DNA of 64,000 bases from positions 1-64,000 of the IMG/VR virus record IMGVR_UViG_3300034684_000059; one strand, written 5' to 3'. Origin of the DNA: a virus (taxonomy: Duplodnaviria; Caudoviricetes). Each line of letters opens with the position of its first letter. Position 1 is the first letter of the stretch. This document shows, in pieces, positions 39,069-48,715 of the stretch. Under the pieces are notes generated by a model, which worked only from the letters and a program-made list of their open reading frames with translations, had not been told where the DNA came from and made no database searches. The translations under genes were made by a program, and so were the position numbers.

Positions 39069-39821
39069 ATGAATTTAATTTCTGTTGCACTTGAGTCGAC
39101 ATATACGAATATCGAATTTGCAATCGAAAAAACTCAGGAGATGCTTTCCCAAATGAAAGCATCTGGAGATTCTACGGTCGAAGAAGCACAGGAACTGTAT
39201 GGAATCCTCATTCAATGGAAATTGTGTCCTTTGCGGTTTTTGCCTGTAGTTATTCGTGAGTTTGACCCCAACAAAAAATTCTTTGCACGGGATGCTAAAA
39301 CTGATCTGGGAGACATGATCATAGAGGATCTGGTACACGGTAAGTTTGAGCATTCCAATGTAACGGGCGCCCCATACACCACAAAACTCCACAGTCGCAG
39401 ACTGGCGTGGCAATTGGATATCGTTGGGATCGATAGTAATTACAAAAGCATCCCACAAAGCATCCTCCCGCATAGTGGTATTTATACCACGGGAGTCCTT
39501 CTTCCGTCACAATATAACTATTTCAAGAGGCTAGTCTGTCGCAGAAGTTATGCTCATCTGGAAGTAGAACAAAATAGAGAAATTTTGACTAATGGATGGG
39601 ATTTGACTTATCTTCCCGAAATAAGTGACGCACAAATAGCGGCATTCCAGATAAATCAAATAGTCCCTGCACACACGTTCATGTCAAAGCTTAACTACAC
39701 TCAATTCGAACGATATGTAAATCGGTTACTGGAAAAAGAGTTTAAATATATAGAAAAAAATCAAGAAGCAAGAACTCCTTATTTGTCGGGAAATCTGCTT
39801 CTCAAAAGAATAAGTTATTGA
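39069..39821 (+). CDS. Hypothetical protein
   Basis: 250 aa, RBS AGGAG, hairpin at 39830-39857. Confidence 0.6.
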   Translation: MNLISVALESTYTNIEFAIEKTQEMLSQMKASGDSTVEEAQELYGILIQWKLCPLRFLPVVIREFDPNKKFFARDAKTDLGDMIIEDLVHGKFEHSNVTGAPYTTKLHSRRLAWQLDIVGIDSNYKSIPQSILPHSGIYTTGVLLPSQYNYFKRLVCRRSYAHLEVEQNREILTNGWDLTYLPEISDAQIAAFQINQIVPAHTFMSKLNYTQFERYVNRLLEKEFKYIEKNQEARTPYLSGNLLLKRISY

Positions 39822-40137
39822 TCCACATACCAGAAGGAGACACTTGTCTCCTTCTGGCATTTCCTTACGAAAGATATTTGGGATCCTTTTTTACTAGTAT
39901 CTAGCTGTAAGAAGCTAATGCCTGACACACAGATTTTCTTAGTAAAAGAAAGTCTGCATCTAAAGGAGAATCGGAAAACAGATAACCTAACTGAAGGGTA
40001 TTGGAGTTCTTAATGAATAAGAGTTCCAAGCTTTCTCCAACAATCTACTGCAGGATAGCAATCGCTAACTACGTCTGCAGTATCAACAGATAGGAGTGGT
40101 GGAGATCTCCACCACTCCTTATAAGGAACAAATTAAA

Positions 40138-41355
40138 ATGTTCGTACATTACGACAACCATTATGAAAAGAGTTTTAAGGATCGAATAATCCAATGTTCA
40201 ACTGCACAGGACTGCAAAGAAATTTACAAACATCGGTCATTTTCGGAACTACAGCAAATTCAGAAGCAACTCTTTGAGTTGCGTATCAATAAACAAATAA
40301 CCATGAATAAATTTCGCTTGGCAATGTACTCAATGCCTGAAAAACATATTGAGACATTTCCTTATGCCTATGGCGTACAGGACACTGCCAGACACGAACT
40401 TTATCAACAGCGAATTCGATATTGGAAAAATAAGACGAAGTCAAATGCACTTCGTTGCGGGGAACTGTATCCAGAACTACTGTCTAACGATGACTGGCGG
40501 GATATCGTGGATACCAACAACATTCTCCATTGTATCTCTGAGCACTGGAACCCTAAAACGGAGTATGAAAAGATCGGGTCAGATCTTGACAAATTTAAGA
40601 ACATTGCTAGGAAGTTGTACAGACGACAGGCAATTTCTTTGGAAGAATATGGGAGAGCCGTGGGTGTCCCTTGTGCGTATCTTGACTATGAGCGATACGC
40701 AGTGGACGACAAACACAAACACCGAATTGAACTCTTCGATTCAGTACATACACAGATACGTCTGCTGATAGATCAGCAGCTGTGCCTGAAAGAAGTGAGC
40801 AAAAAATCGGCGTTGTCTGAAACTATCGTGCTCGGTGTTGCTCGCAATTTACGCAGACACGGAGATTGTGTTTTTGGAGATACAGAACTCAACACGTACT
40901 CTTCACAAGAACTTCGTGATGCATTGAACTTCCTCAGTTTTAGAGGATTGTCATTGGATCAAGCACTGGAACGCCTGCAGATATCTGCAGATCAAGTTAG
41001 TTCGATCTTAAGTGACTCCCCTCTACAACTTTGCAAAGATTGGAAACTGATAGTTCCTATCAAGTTCCATCAAGAGATAAACCCAGCATCACTTGATTCT
41101 ACAGATATCAAATCCATGCTCGGGATACCTGAACTTGGAAGATATTGGGGAAGAGCTTATTATCTTCGGTCATCTATCTACTCTATCTTTAAGGCTCCTG
41201 CAAAAACGCACAAGCAGAATCTAATAGATCTGGACATGATGGATCATGAAGCTAAAATGCACTTCGATTATCTGTATAATGCAGATCTGATCAAAAAATC
41301 CTGGGCGCAAAGATACCTTACTACGCTTAAGTTCAGGAAAGACGAATATTCATAA
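40138..41355 (+). CDS. Hypothetical helical protein
   Basis: Probable start ATG 40138 (the upstream GTG lies inside the hairpin at 40092-40119). Followed by a hairpin at 41369-41408. Confidence 0.6.
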   Translation: MFVHYDNHYEKSFKDRIIQCSTAQDCKEIYKHRSFSELQQIQKQLFELRINKQITMNKFRLAMYSMPEKHIETFPYAYGVQDTARHELYQQRIRYWKNKTKSNALRCGELYPELLSNDDWRDIVDTNNILHCISEHWNPKTEYEKIGSDLDKFKNIARKLYRRQAISLEEYGRAVGVPCAYLDYERYAVDDKHKHRIELFDSVHTQIRLLIDQQLCLKEVSKKSALSETIVLGVARNLRRHGDCVFGDTELNTYSSQELRDALNFLSFRGLSLDQALERLQISADQVSSILSDSPLQLCKDWKLIVPIKFHQEINPASLDSTDIKSMLGIPELGRYWGRAYYLRSSIYSIFKAPAKTHKQNLIDLDMMDHEAKMHFDYLYNADLIKKSWAQRYLTTLKFRKDEYS

Positions 41356-41499
41356 TCCCCCTTTTGAGTTGTGCTGAAGGACGACTGAGTTTTCGTCCTT
41401 CAACACAATTAAATTTTACACAGTGAAAAAGAGCAGCTGGATTGCTGCTATGTTGAAGGGCATATGCCACTATTCAAATATTATCCATTGTGAGGAAAT

Positions 41500-42342
41500 A
41501 TGTTCAAAGTATCGAACCGTAGAATTCATAAGAACATAACAGATGAGACATATATAGGAAGACCTTCTCCCTGGGGAAATCCGTACTCTCTAAACGATCA
41601 TTCCCGGCATGAATCCATCGTGTTATATTGGAGACATCTTGCAAACAACTCAAAACTAGTCGATATGATCTGTCGTGATTTGAGAAGAAAGGAGCTTATT
41701 CGTTATCGTTCTCCTATCTTTTGTCGTGGGGAAACACTTCAGACCGTAGCCGATACTGAGCTTTGTCCGTTCTGTGGTGCTTCGGAACTGATATTTGAAA
41801 AACAACTATTTCAGACTCCATTTGGGACATGGGTAAAACCGGATACTTCACCAGATACCTTTGTTTATCATCGTCCTCCTCCTGGAGCACTAGTTGAATG
41901 TTTCATGTGCAATGCACTATTTCACGTAGATCTCCCGATACTTCAACGTTCACACAAAGTCATGACAGTACACATTGGAGAAAATATTATTACAGATGAC
42001 ATTATCTTAAGGATCACACGAGAGCTCAGTAAAAACGAAAACAATGTGATCTGCACCCCTGTTGCACGTCCGGAGTATATCCAAAATGCACTCAGGTCTT
42101 CGTTCAAACATCGACTTAATGTTACTCTTTATCTTGACTCTAAGAAAAAGTACTTTAAGTTACCTCAGGTAAATATTTGTGATGGATATCGTTACGTACT
42201 CGTACTTCACGGTTCTCCAGAACTCAAAAATATACTACCTCTGATGGAACCTACCGGAGACTTAAATGAGGAGATCTTGGAAGTTCTATCCGACTCTTCT
42301 AAAAATCGAAAATCAGCTATTTTCACTATACGGACAAAATGA
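41500..42342 (+). CDS. DUF4326-like domain plus Zn-ribbon protein
   Basis: YIGRPSPWGNPY...SR.ESI..Y (DUF4326 pattern, with the C-terminal CxC/CH motif degenerate), then CPFC...CFMC. Confidence 0.65.
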   Translation: MFKVSNRRIHKNITDETYIGRPSPWGNPYSLNDHSRHESIVLYWRHLANNSKLVDMICRDLRRKELIRYRSPIFCRGETLQTVADTELCPFCGASELIFEKQLFQTPFGTWVKPDTSPDTFVYHRPPPGALVECFMCNALFHVDLPILQRSHKVMTVHIGENIITDDIILRITRELSKNENNVICTPVARPEYIQNALRSSFKHRLNVTLYLDSKKKYFKLPQVNICDGYRYVLVLHGSPELKNILPLMEPTGDLNEEILEVLSDSSKNRKSAIFTIRTK

Positions 42343-42375
42343 TGTAGACACATTTAAGGTTAAACATGTTTACAG

Positions 42376-42410
42376 TATAAGTAGTACCTCATCATGAGGT
42401 ACTACTTATA
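42376..42410. terminator. Bidirectional hairpin
   Basis: TATAAGTAGTACCTCAT-c-ATGAGGTACTACTTATA between convergent genes. Confidence 0.7.
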
Positions 42411-42414
42411 TTTT

Positions 42415-43500
42415 TTATATATTATTGGTTTGGATGAGATGTATACTGCCGTTACCACCATTACCACCTGCGGCATTCGGAAGATACTTAGGGTCCACAT
42501 CAAGAGAATCTCCACCTATACCACCCTGTACCAGTATTTTTGCAGGAGTATTAATATCGCCCTTGTGGAATATATGGATCGCACCGCCACCAGAACCTCC
42601 GCCACCTGCATTGTGTCCGGCACCACCATGAGCGCCATTGGCAGTTATTTTTCCGTTAGGACCGAAAATTATATTACCGTGTACTACGATTATAAGTAGA
42701 CCCCCGGCACCACTATACCCGGTTTGTGCAGCATAATTGGAAGGAGCTAATCTATGTCCAATACCACCAGGATTACCGGCTCCTCCTCCAACTGCACGTC
42801 GTTTAGTGTTCACATCTGTCGTAGCACATCTACCATCTCCGCCAAGTCCACCATCTGGTTGACCGGATCCTGCGGCCACTGTACGACCAGACGCTGCTGC
42901 ACCTCCACCTCCAGCTCCGCCAGAGAACGACGTACCTGCAGACCCAGCACCACTTGTACTAGTTCCACTCATCTGCTGAGCACAACCGCCACTACCACCA
43001 CCACCACACGCGCCGTTTATACCTGAACCACCAGTATATCCAACCAAACCATATGCTGTATCACTTCCACTACCTATGCTTCTTTTAGAGGCACCAGCTC
43101 CTCCTGTCGGCTGTATTACTGCGAGTCCTAGTGCAGTGAAAATATCTTCCGAATTTATGAATACCCCACGACGTGGATCTATACCTACGAATTTACCCGG
43201 AGCATTGGCTCCTCGTGCAGTCATGGATAGTTCACCACGAACAATAAGATCTCCAAGGATACGAAGGTACATTCCTTTACATCTATTCGTTGGACGAACT
43301 ACATGTCCTTCGTTGATGGTGAAGTTGTTATACGTTCTAACTACAGGATCACCATCAACTTCACTGACGAACTCATCATGATCAGATAACCCTGTAGACA
43401 CAAAATCCTGCGCAGACGATATCGGAAAATAAAATGCTTGTTCTACCGGAAAATTATAATCTTTAGTAGTCTGAGCATTTATAGAATCGATCACTAACAT
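42415..43500 (-). CDS. Glycine-rich putative tail fibre/receptor-binding protein, paralog A
   Basis: RBS AAGGAG. The N-domain is shared with 54383-55408, followed by GGxGGG-rich repeats (GTSFSGGAGGGG, GGGAGNPGG, GAGGLLII.VHG). Confidence 0.75.
   Translation of the reverse strand: MLVIDSINAQTTKDYNFPVEQAFYFPISSAQDFVSTGLSDHDEFVSEVDGDPVVRTYNNFTINEGHVVRPTNRCKGMYLRILGDLIVRGELSMTARGANAPGKFVGIDPRRGVFINSEDIFTALGLAVIQPTGGAGASKRSIGSGSDTAYGLVGYTGGSGINGACGGGGSGGCAQQMSGTSTSGAGSAGTSFSGGAGGGGAAASGRTVAAGSGQPDGGLGGDGRCATTDVNTKRRAVGGGAGNPGGIGHRLAPSNYAAQTGYSGAGGLLIIVVHGNIIFGPNGKITANGAHGGAGHNAGGGGSGGGAIHIFHKGDINTPAKILVQGGIGGDSLDVDPKYLPNAAGGNGGNGSIHLIQTNNI
43303..43385 (-). repeat. 83-bp inverted repeat, arm A
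   Basis: Its reverse complement matches 54519-54601 at 81/83 positions. Confidence 0.9.
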
Positions 43501-43666
43501 CAGTACTCTCCTTAAGGATTTGATTTACATATCATTTTGTGTGAAAAATAGCCATCGTAGTGAATGTGCTTGTGTACATAGAATCCAAAAAAAATGATAT
43601 GTGCACAAGTTCATTCACTTTTAGTATAGTTTAAAAATACGATATATGATTTGAAATAATACTTCA

Positions 43667-43707
43667 GTATTTATTTTTTACATACACTATATTTTATGTA
43701 GAATACT
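43667..43707 (+). repeat. ~42-bp dispersed repeat, copy 2
   Basis: GTATTTATTTTTTACATACACTATATTTTATGTAGAATACT matches 7455-7496. Confidence 0.7.
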
Positions 43708-43764
43708 TTGAGTAGGAACTAGGAATTAGGAACACCCAATACCTTAGTCTCTAGCAACAATCCG

Positions 43765-43910
43765 AGAACGAGATCTAGCTCGAACGAAGTGAGAGATAGA
43801 GCCGTCGCGGTTGGTGCGCTCCGTCTAGTCTTGGGGGGAAAGGGGGGTTAAAGGAAGGGGGTGAGGAGAGATTGTTAAGAGAACCTAGGGGGAAACCAAT
43901 TGGGGGGAAT
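43765..43910 (+). other. Non-coding G-tract element (G-quadruplex-forming potential)
   Basis: Five runs of 5-6 G (43833, 43842, 43857, 43888, 43902) preceded by CGAACGAAGTGAG, in an ORF-free AT-rich intergenic region. Followed by a hairpin at 43945-43975. Confidence 0.6.
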
Positions 43911-44008
43911 TTTCATGTTAGTACATACCGATCACATATATCAAACTATCTACTCCTAACTAAGGAGTAGATAGTAGGTACGTTGTATCGTTCAAAAATA
44001 CAGAAAAC

Positions 44009-44054
44009 TATATTACAACATAGGAAACTGTTCATGATCTCACGGATATATTAC
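44009..44054 (+). promoter_or_regulatory. Tandem early promoters (TATATTAC x2)
   Basis: Exact motifs at 44009-44016 and 44047-44054. Confidence 0.6.
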
Positions 44055-44355
44055 TTAATCGATCCGCGACATTAGATCTTAACCTTGTTACATCAGGAGA
44101 ATGTTTCTATGTTAAAACGTATATCGTCAAAAACTCCCCATCCAGCCAAACGTAGTACTAGAAATGTAATCGTACCTATTTCTACTTCTCCGAGTAGGTT
44201 TGAGTTAGGACCAAAATACAACTCGTGTGGACTATTTGACAAATCAGAAACGGATACTTTCCGTGAATGTATGTTCTCTGGTAAAATTGGTAGAGTTCTA
44301 TTAGGACATGCTGAACATAACTAAGTTTTTGTTTAACGTAAAAGGAGAATCGGTT

Positions 44356-45009
44356 ATGGCAAGAATAGAGGTTACGTTCGATGGAGTACATACGGAAGAT
44401 CACCTTCCGATATTGAAAATATTCTACGACCTTGGAATACACCCTATGGTAGGTGCAAAGATGTTTCTGAGAAATCAGAAACGATTAAATTATCAACATC
44501 CACATATGGAACAACTTCCGTTTTACGGTAGAAACATAAATCCGACGGGGAATCTCAAATATTTAAAGACAGTGTTTGTCACTGCAAAGGATGCCAAATG
44601 CATCATTGAGACTTATCGAAGATATGTGTGTCCTCAAATCAAGTGCTTAGCAAAAGCTATCAGCGCAAGTCTTAAACGAAAAGAGGCAAAGATACAAAGA
44701 ACCGATCTTGCGGTATACGTAGGCAAAGAGTTGCCTTTTGAAGCGACGCTGCATGACATCACCATGTACTATATAAGTCATACTCGTGAGTATCCTGCAA
44801 TAGTGCTTACGGATCTTAAAGATCCCAATACCGAACACATATATGCTAATCACGTAAATGTGTTTGTATCGGCTCCGGAATTAGAAATTTACTCCCAGTT
44901 TAAACTACCTATGAAAATGACATTCTTAGGTACGGTGTATTCCTATATGGGGAGTCGAAGACCCAAATATGCCGTAAGAGATCTTAGACAGGTCAAACTA
45001 ATGAAGTAA
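44356..45009 (+). CDS. Hypothetical protein with C-terminal OB-like domain (paralog of 51118-51741)
   Basis: Probable start ATG 44356 after AAAGGAG. C-terminal F.A...I..D...A.H....F..T...Y...K..L motif. Confidence 0.55.
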   Translation: MARIEVTFDGVHTEDHLPILKIFYDLGIHPMVGAKMFLRNQKRLNYQHPHMEQLPFYGRNINPTGNLKYLKTVFVTAKDAKCIIETYRRYVCPQIKCLAKAISASLKRKEAKIQRTDLAVYVGKELPFEATLHDITMYYISHTREYPAIVLTDLKDPNTEHIYANHVNVFVSAPELEIYSQFKLPMKMTFLGTVYSYMGSRRPKYAVRDLRQVKLMK

Positions 45010-45022
45010 AGAGGATCTTCTT

Positions 45023-45520
45023 ATGCGCCATCTTATACATGACTTCTTATATGCACAATCCAGGACGTATTCATTTTCGGTATACCTCTCGGATAAGACA
45101 AATCCATCGGAGTATATCCCAATTTGTCTCGAACCTAAAAATGTCGTCTGGTACGAGAAGCATGTGTGCATCAGAGAACACGATCACCCTAATTATGAGG
45201 CACATGTGTTTCAGATAGACGGAATCAAGATACCAAGATATTTCGATCTGTTATATAAACCCAAGGACATATCGACTATCCGGAGCACCCAGGTTCAGTT
45301 ACACAAATCTTCTGGGATACAGATGTGCGGGCATGTAGTATCAAAACATCTCGTATATTCTTTGTGGTTACGACCCGCAAGTTCTGGAACACAGATCGTG
45401 TTCGTCCTTGATCACGACGGGCCTGAGCTCTCCCCGTTAACGGTACATGGACTCAGACAGTTTCGTAAGTTGATATCAAATTTCGAAACTTATCTGACTC
45501 ATTTGAAAGAAATCTTTTAA
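45023..45520 (+). CDS. Hypothetical protein
   Basis: RBS GAGG, hairpin at 45565-45594. Confidence 0.6.
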   Translation: MRHLIHDFLYAQSRTYSFSVYLSDKTNPSEYIPICLEPKNVVWYEKHVCIREHDHPNYEAHVFQIDGIKIPRYFDLLYKPKDISTIRSTQVQLHKSSGIQMCGHVVSKHLVYSLWLRPASSGTQIVFVLDHDGPELSPLTVHGLRQFRKLISNFETYLTHLKEIF

Positions 45521-45624
45521 CGAAAAATAGTTTATTAAAAAGTTAAGTTGACAAGGATTCAAATCCAGGAAGAGCGAATATTCGCTCTTCCTGGTTAACC
45601 ATATTAACAGAAGGGGACAAACTC

Positions 45625-45972
45625 ATGTGCATCTATCTAGAACCCGAGGTTAATGATTGTTTGGAGTTCATTCAAACCCACGGATACGAATTGGATAAAA
45701 ATGAGTTCCAAAAAGTATACGATGACCGCTCGTTGTTGCCGGGAGAACTTTACGACAAATGTGTCCTCTTTATAGCGGTAACTACGAACCACAATGGAGA
45801 CTACGTTTTGGGAGTTATAACGTCATACAGTGACGTGAAATTATTTACACAGACTACGAATCCTTCAGAGGTCCGGTATTTTATTATGGATCTAGATGCT
45901 GCGTTTGCCCACAATGCTGTATCTGAAGAAAATCTTCGTATTCTTGCTCAAAACTGCCCAGAACTATTTTAA
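45625..45972 (+). CDS. Hypothetical protein
   Basis: RBS AAGGGG. Confidence 0.6.
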   Translation: MCIYLEPEVNDCLEFIQTHGYELDKNEFQKVYDDRSLLPGELYDKCVLFIAVTTNHNGDYVLGVITSYSDVKLFTQTTNPSEVRYFIMDLDAAFAHNAVSEENLRILAQNCPELF

Positions 45973-45984
45973 GGAGAATTAATC

Positions 45985-46482
45985 GTGGCTCTAGTCAGAA
46001 CGCTTCATGCTGATGATCCAAGACTCATCCCGCTGTTTCCCCAGATCGTAACAAACAACTTTGTGGTTTCCCCAAAGTCAGTTATATGGAGTCGAATATT
46101 TCCTACTCCAGACAGTCCTATCTGGGGACTCTTGATAGAAGCAGAACTGAAGAAAGGATGCCCTAATTGGTCCGATACTTTTCAGCATATATTCAATGAA
46201 CTCTATACATTTTGTTCTTCGAGACGTGCTGAACTTCATCTTGATCAGTTGGGACATATCGACAGTTATTGTCAAAGACAGATACATCCGGGAAGGATCG
46301 ATTTGATGATCAATGACAGCTACCGCATGTGTTGCAAAATACATAACTTAAGTTCGAGAAAGATCGCCATCACAATACATTCTCCTGGTACCTTCAGTCT
46401 CATCGATCACGAAGAAGATATCCGAAGTCCAGTACGGTTCGAACGCTGGTTCGCTGAACGCTACAGAGAGTGCATCTCATGA
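45985..46482 (+). CDS. Hypothetical protein
   Basis: GTG start after AAGGAG. Confidence 0.55.
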   Translation: MALVRTLHADDPRLIPLFPQIVTNNFVVSPKSVIWSRIFPTPDSPIWGLLIEAELKKGCPNWSDTFQHIFNELYTFCSSRRAELHLDQLGHIDSYCQRQIHPGRIDLMINDSYRMCCKIHNLSSRKIAITIHSPGTFSLIDHEEDIRSPVRFERWFAERYRECIS

Positions 46483-46551
46483 ACATTGTTTCAGAAGGTG
46501 TAAGTTCCTAGCGTAACCTTTCTACTCAGACATAAGAAGGAAACTAAAACC

Positions 46552-47142
46552 ATGATTCTACATGAGATCAACTTGTACGTCCCAGTCTTCGTATCTGCAC
46601 CTAAGCAGATACTGTCTTCTATGAGAATTCAGAAAATTGGTCCTATACTGGAAGATATTCCGACGATCACTTACTATCAAAAGAAATCTGCTCCAGACCA
46701 GAATCTGGAAGTGACAAGTAGTGATCAACATCCTGGAGTTATAAAGTGGAGACAATTAAAATCCAAGGTGTACTCTTATGCACACGGCGTACTTCAATGT
46801 ACGTATGACACACAGTACATATCCGGAACCACGAATAGTGAAGGAAAAACTTTTCCTGAAATGACTGAGTTAGATCCGTACATGCATGTAAGTATCCTCA
46901 ATTCGGGATCTTTTTGCTGGACCAACCAGATAGAAAACCCAGAAGTTGTCAGGATTAATCACTGTAACATTGGAGGATATGGAGAGTTTATCCAACTTCG
47001 GTATTCCCCTCAAAATCACAAAACCTCAATTGAAGATATTTGTGCACTTGCAAACGTGTTAATAGTAAAGGGATGTCTCCCTATTCTAACACCTTTACAA
47101 GAAGATATCTATCTTCGCCTTCATTGTGAAGGAACTTTGTAA
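46552..47142 (+). CDS. Hypothetical protein
   Basis: 196-aa ORF followed by a terminator. Confidence 0.55.
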   Translation: MILHEINLYVPVFVSAPKQILSSMRIQKIGPILEDIPTITYYQKKSAPDQNLEVTSSDQHPGVIKWRQLKSKVYSYAHGVLQCTYDTQYISGTTNSEGKTFPEMTELDPYMHVSILNSGSFCWTNQIENPEVVRINHCNIGGYGEFIQLRYSPQNHKTSIEDICALANVLIVKGCLPILTPLQEDIYLRLHCEGTL

Positions 47143-47164
47143 CATACACAGTCTTACTATTCAT

Positions 47165-47201
47165 AACCATCGTACTCTTCGGAGTACGATGGTTCTTTTT
47201 T
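47165..47201 (+). terminator. Classical intrinsic terminator (UUCG tetraloop plus U tail)
   Basis: AACCATCGTACTC-ttcg-GAGTACGATGGTT-CTTTTTT. Confidence 0.8.
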
Positions 47202-47286
47202 CGGTGTCCGGTATACGGGGTTCTTAAGAACCCATTTTCACTATATTCAAAAAAGACGTTCATTTTCACTTGAACGCTGGGAGAGC

Positions 47287-48045
47287 ATGATGCAGTATCC
47301 GTATTTCAAAACACAAAGGATGTTTCGTACGATTGAGTACAAGCTGCAAGACAACCTGCAAGTTTTGCAGGATAAGATTACTAACCTCATGAACTCTGAG
47401 TTCATTGCCTTCGGGACTACTATCGAAGTAGGCCCTGGTCCTAACGACGGTGTCGTTTCGGGATTTGTCCTTAGGATCCTACCCAAACCGTTGTTGGAGG
47501 TGGCCCAAACCCATGTCGCTATGTTGCGACTGTACTTCGAAAGTGCGGAGTTTCAGGGATTCTACACTACTGTAACTCCGATTGAGGAGAATGCTGGTGG
47601 TATAGATGTGACTTTTAGTATCGATTATACCCTTCTCGATACGATATTTGAACGCATCCTTGAGACGCACATTACCCGTAAACTCGGAGGACTGTCCTCA
47701 GGTATCGAATGGAAAAAGTCCACATCACCAGTTCAAGACTATGTCTGGACTCAGGAGACAACTCTCAACGATGTCACATTCCGAGATGCACGTAGACTGA
47801 GCTATTGTATCATGAAACTCATCGAATGTTCGGATATGAACAACATCAGTACTGGAGTAGACTCCGGATGGAACCTCAAAAACGACGACACTCGTGAGGA
47901 GGGCTTCTTCGAAGTTGAGTTCAATATGGCTCATATGGAGTGGAAACTGACTGTCGACTTGACACAAGGGGATCACCCCAACATAAAGCTCAGCAATCGT
48001 CCGATGAAGGGTTACGTTCTACAGGAGATCAATCCCGATATGTAA
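47287..48045 (+). CDS. Hypothetical protein
   Basis: 252 aa, RBS GGGAG, ends at the hairpin at 48048-48080. Confidence 0.6.
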   Translation: MMQYPYFKTQRMFRTIEYKLQDNLQVLQDKITNLMNSEFIAFGTTIEVGPGPNDGVVSGFVLRILPKPLLEVAQTHVAMLRLYFESAEFQGFYTTVTPIEENAGGIDVTFSIDYTLLDTIFERILETHITRKLGGLSSGIEWKKSTSPVQDYVWTQETTLNDVTFRDARRLSYCIMKLIECSDMNNISTGVDSGWNLKNDDTREEGFFEVEFNMAHMEWKLTVDLTQGDHPNIKLSNRPMKGYVLQEINPDM

Positions 48046-48079
48046 CTAGATAAGTGGGGACACAATGTCCCCACTTATC

Positions 48080-48586
48080 TTACTTCTGCGTACGTTCGAT
48101 TATTTTTTCTTCCCATGGACGGATCTGATCTGGATATGGACCATATCCGACATGTGTTGGAACATATCCTTTCGCAAATTTAGGGATAGGAAATCTTCCA
48201 TTCTGAAAGTAGTTGATGAAGTTCAAGAAGATGTGTGTGGGACGTAGAAAATCTACGGCTTCAACGTACTGTTTCATTGAGAAAGTGGAGATGCGTCTGA
48301 TACGCTTGGTAACTGTTGTTCTTTCATCTGGGACATCTAAGTCGGAAAAGGCTATCTCGTCACAATCGTCGAAGAATGGTCCTGAGTAACCCACCTCTAC
48401 ACCATCGCGAATAGGGTTACCCACACGGATAGGAAATGTTCTGTAACTCATCATGAGATTGCCGTAAAAGACTGGGGAAACTCCAAGTTCTGCAAGGATA
48501 GTTCCAGGATGAATGGATCTTGAAGTACAGAACGGATATACTAATCCGTGGTTGTTGTCAAGTCCGAGTCTTTGAACTGAACATGA
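48080..48586 (-). pseudogene. 5'-truncated adenylosuccinate-synthetase-family gene (PurZ/short PurA-like), C-terminal half only
   Basis: The frame is open from 48586: ...GLDNNHGLVYPFCTSRSIHPGTILAELGV...RTFPIRVG...GYSGPF...ERTTVTKRIRRISTFS..Q..EAV...RPTHIFLNFINY...VGYGP. There is an in-frame TAG at 48589-48587 and no N-terminal P-loop half. Confidence 0.75.
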
Positions 48587-48671
48587 CTAAGTGTACTCAC
48601 GGTAAGAGACAGTCCTTCTGGGACTGTCTCTTATTTATCCATATATAATTTTTTCGAGATCATTTAAGAAC

Positions 48672-48686
48672 TATATTACAAATTTG
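48672..48686 (+). promoter_or_regulatory. Early promoter TATATTAC-N5-TG
   Basis: Exact motif after the hairpin at 48603-48633. Confidence 0.7.
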
Positions 48687-48715
48687 AGTGTTAGCTATAA
48701 AAATAAGGAACCGCT

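Noticed and set aside
43741-43830. Possible tRNA in the GC-rich intergenic stretch
   Set aside because: No cloverleaf, T-loop GTTCRA or acceptor stem could be formed by eye.
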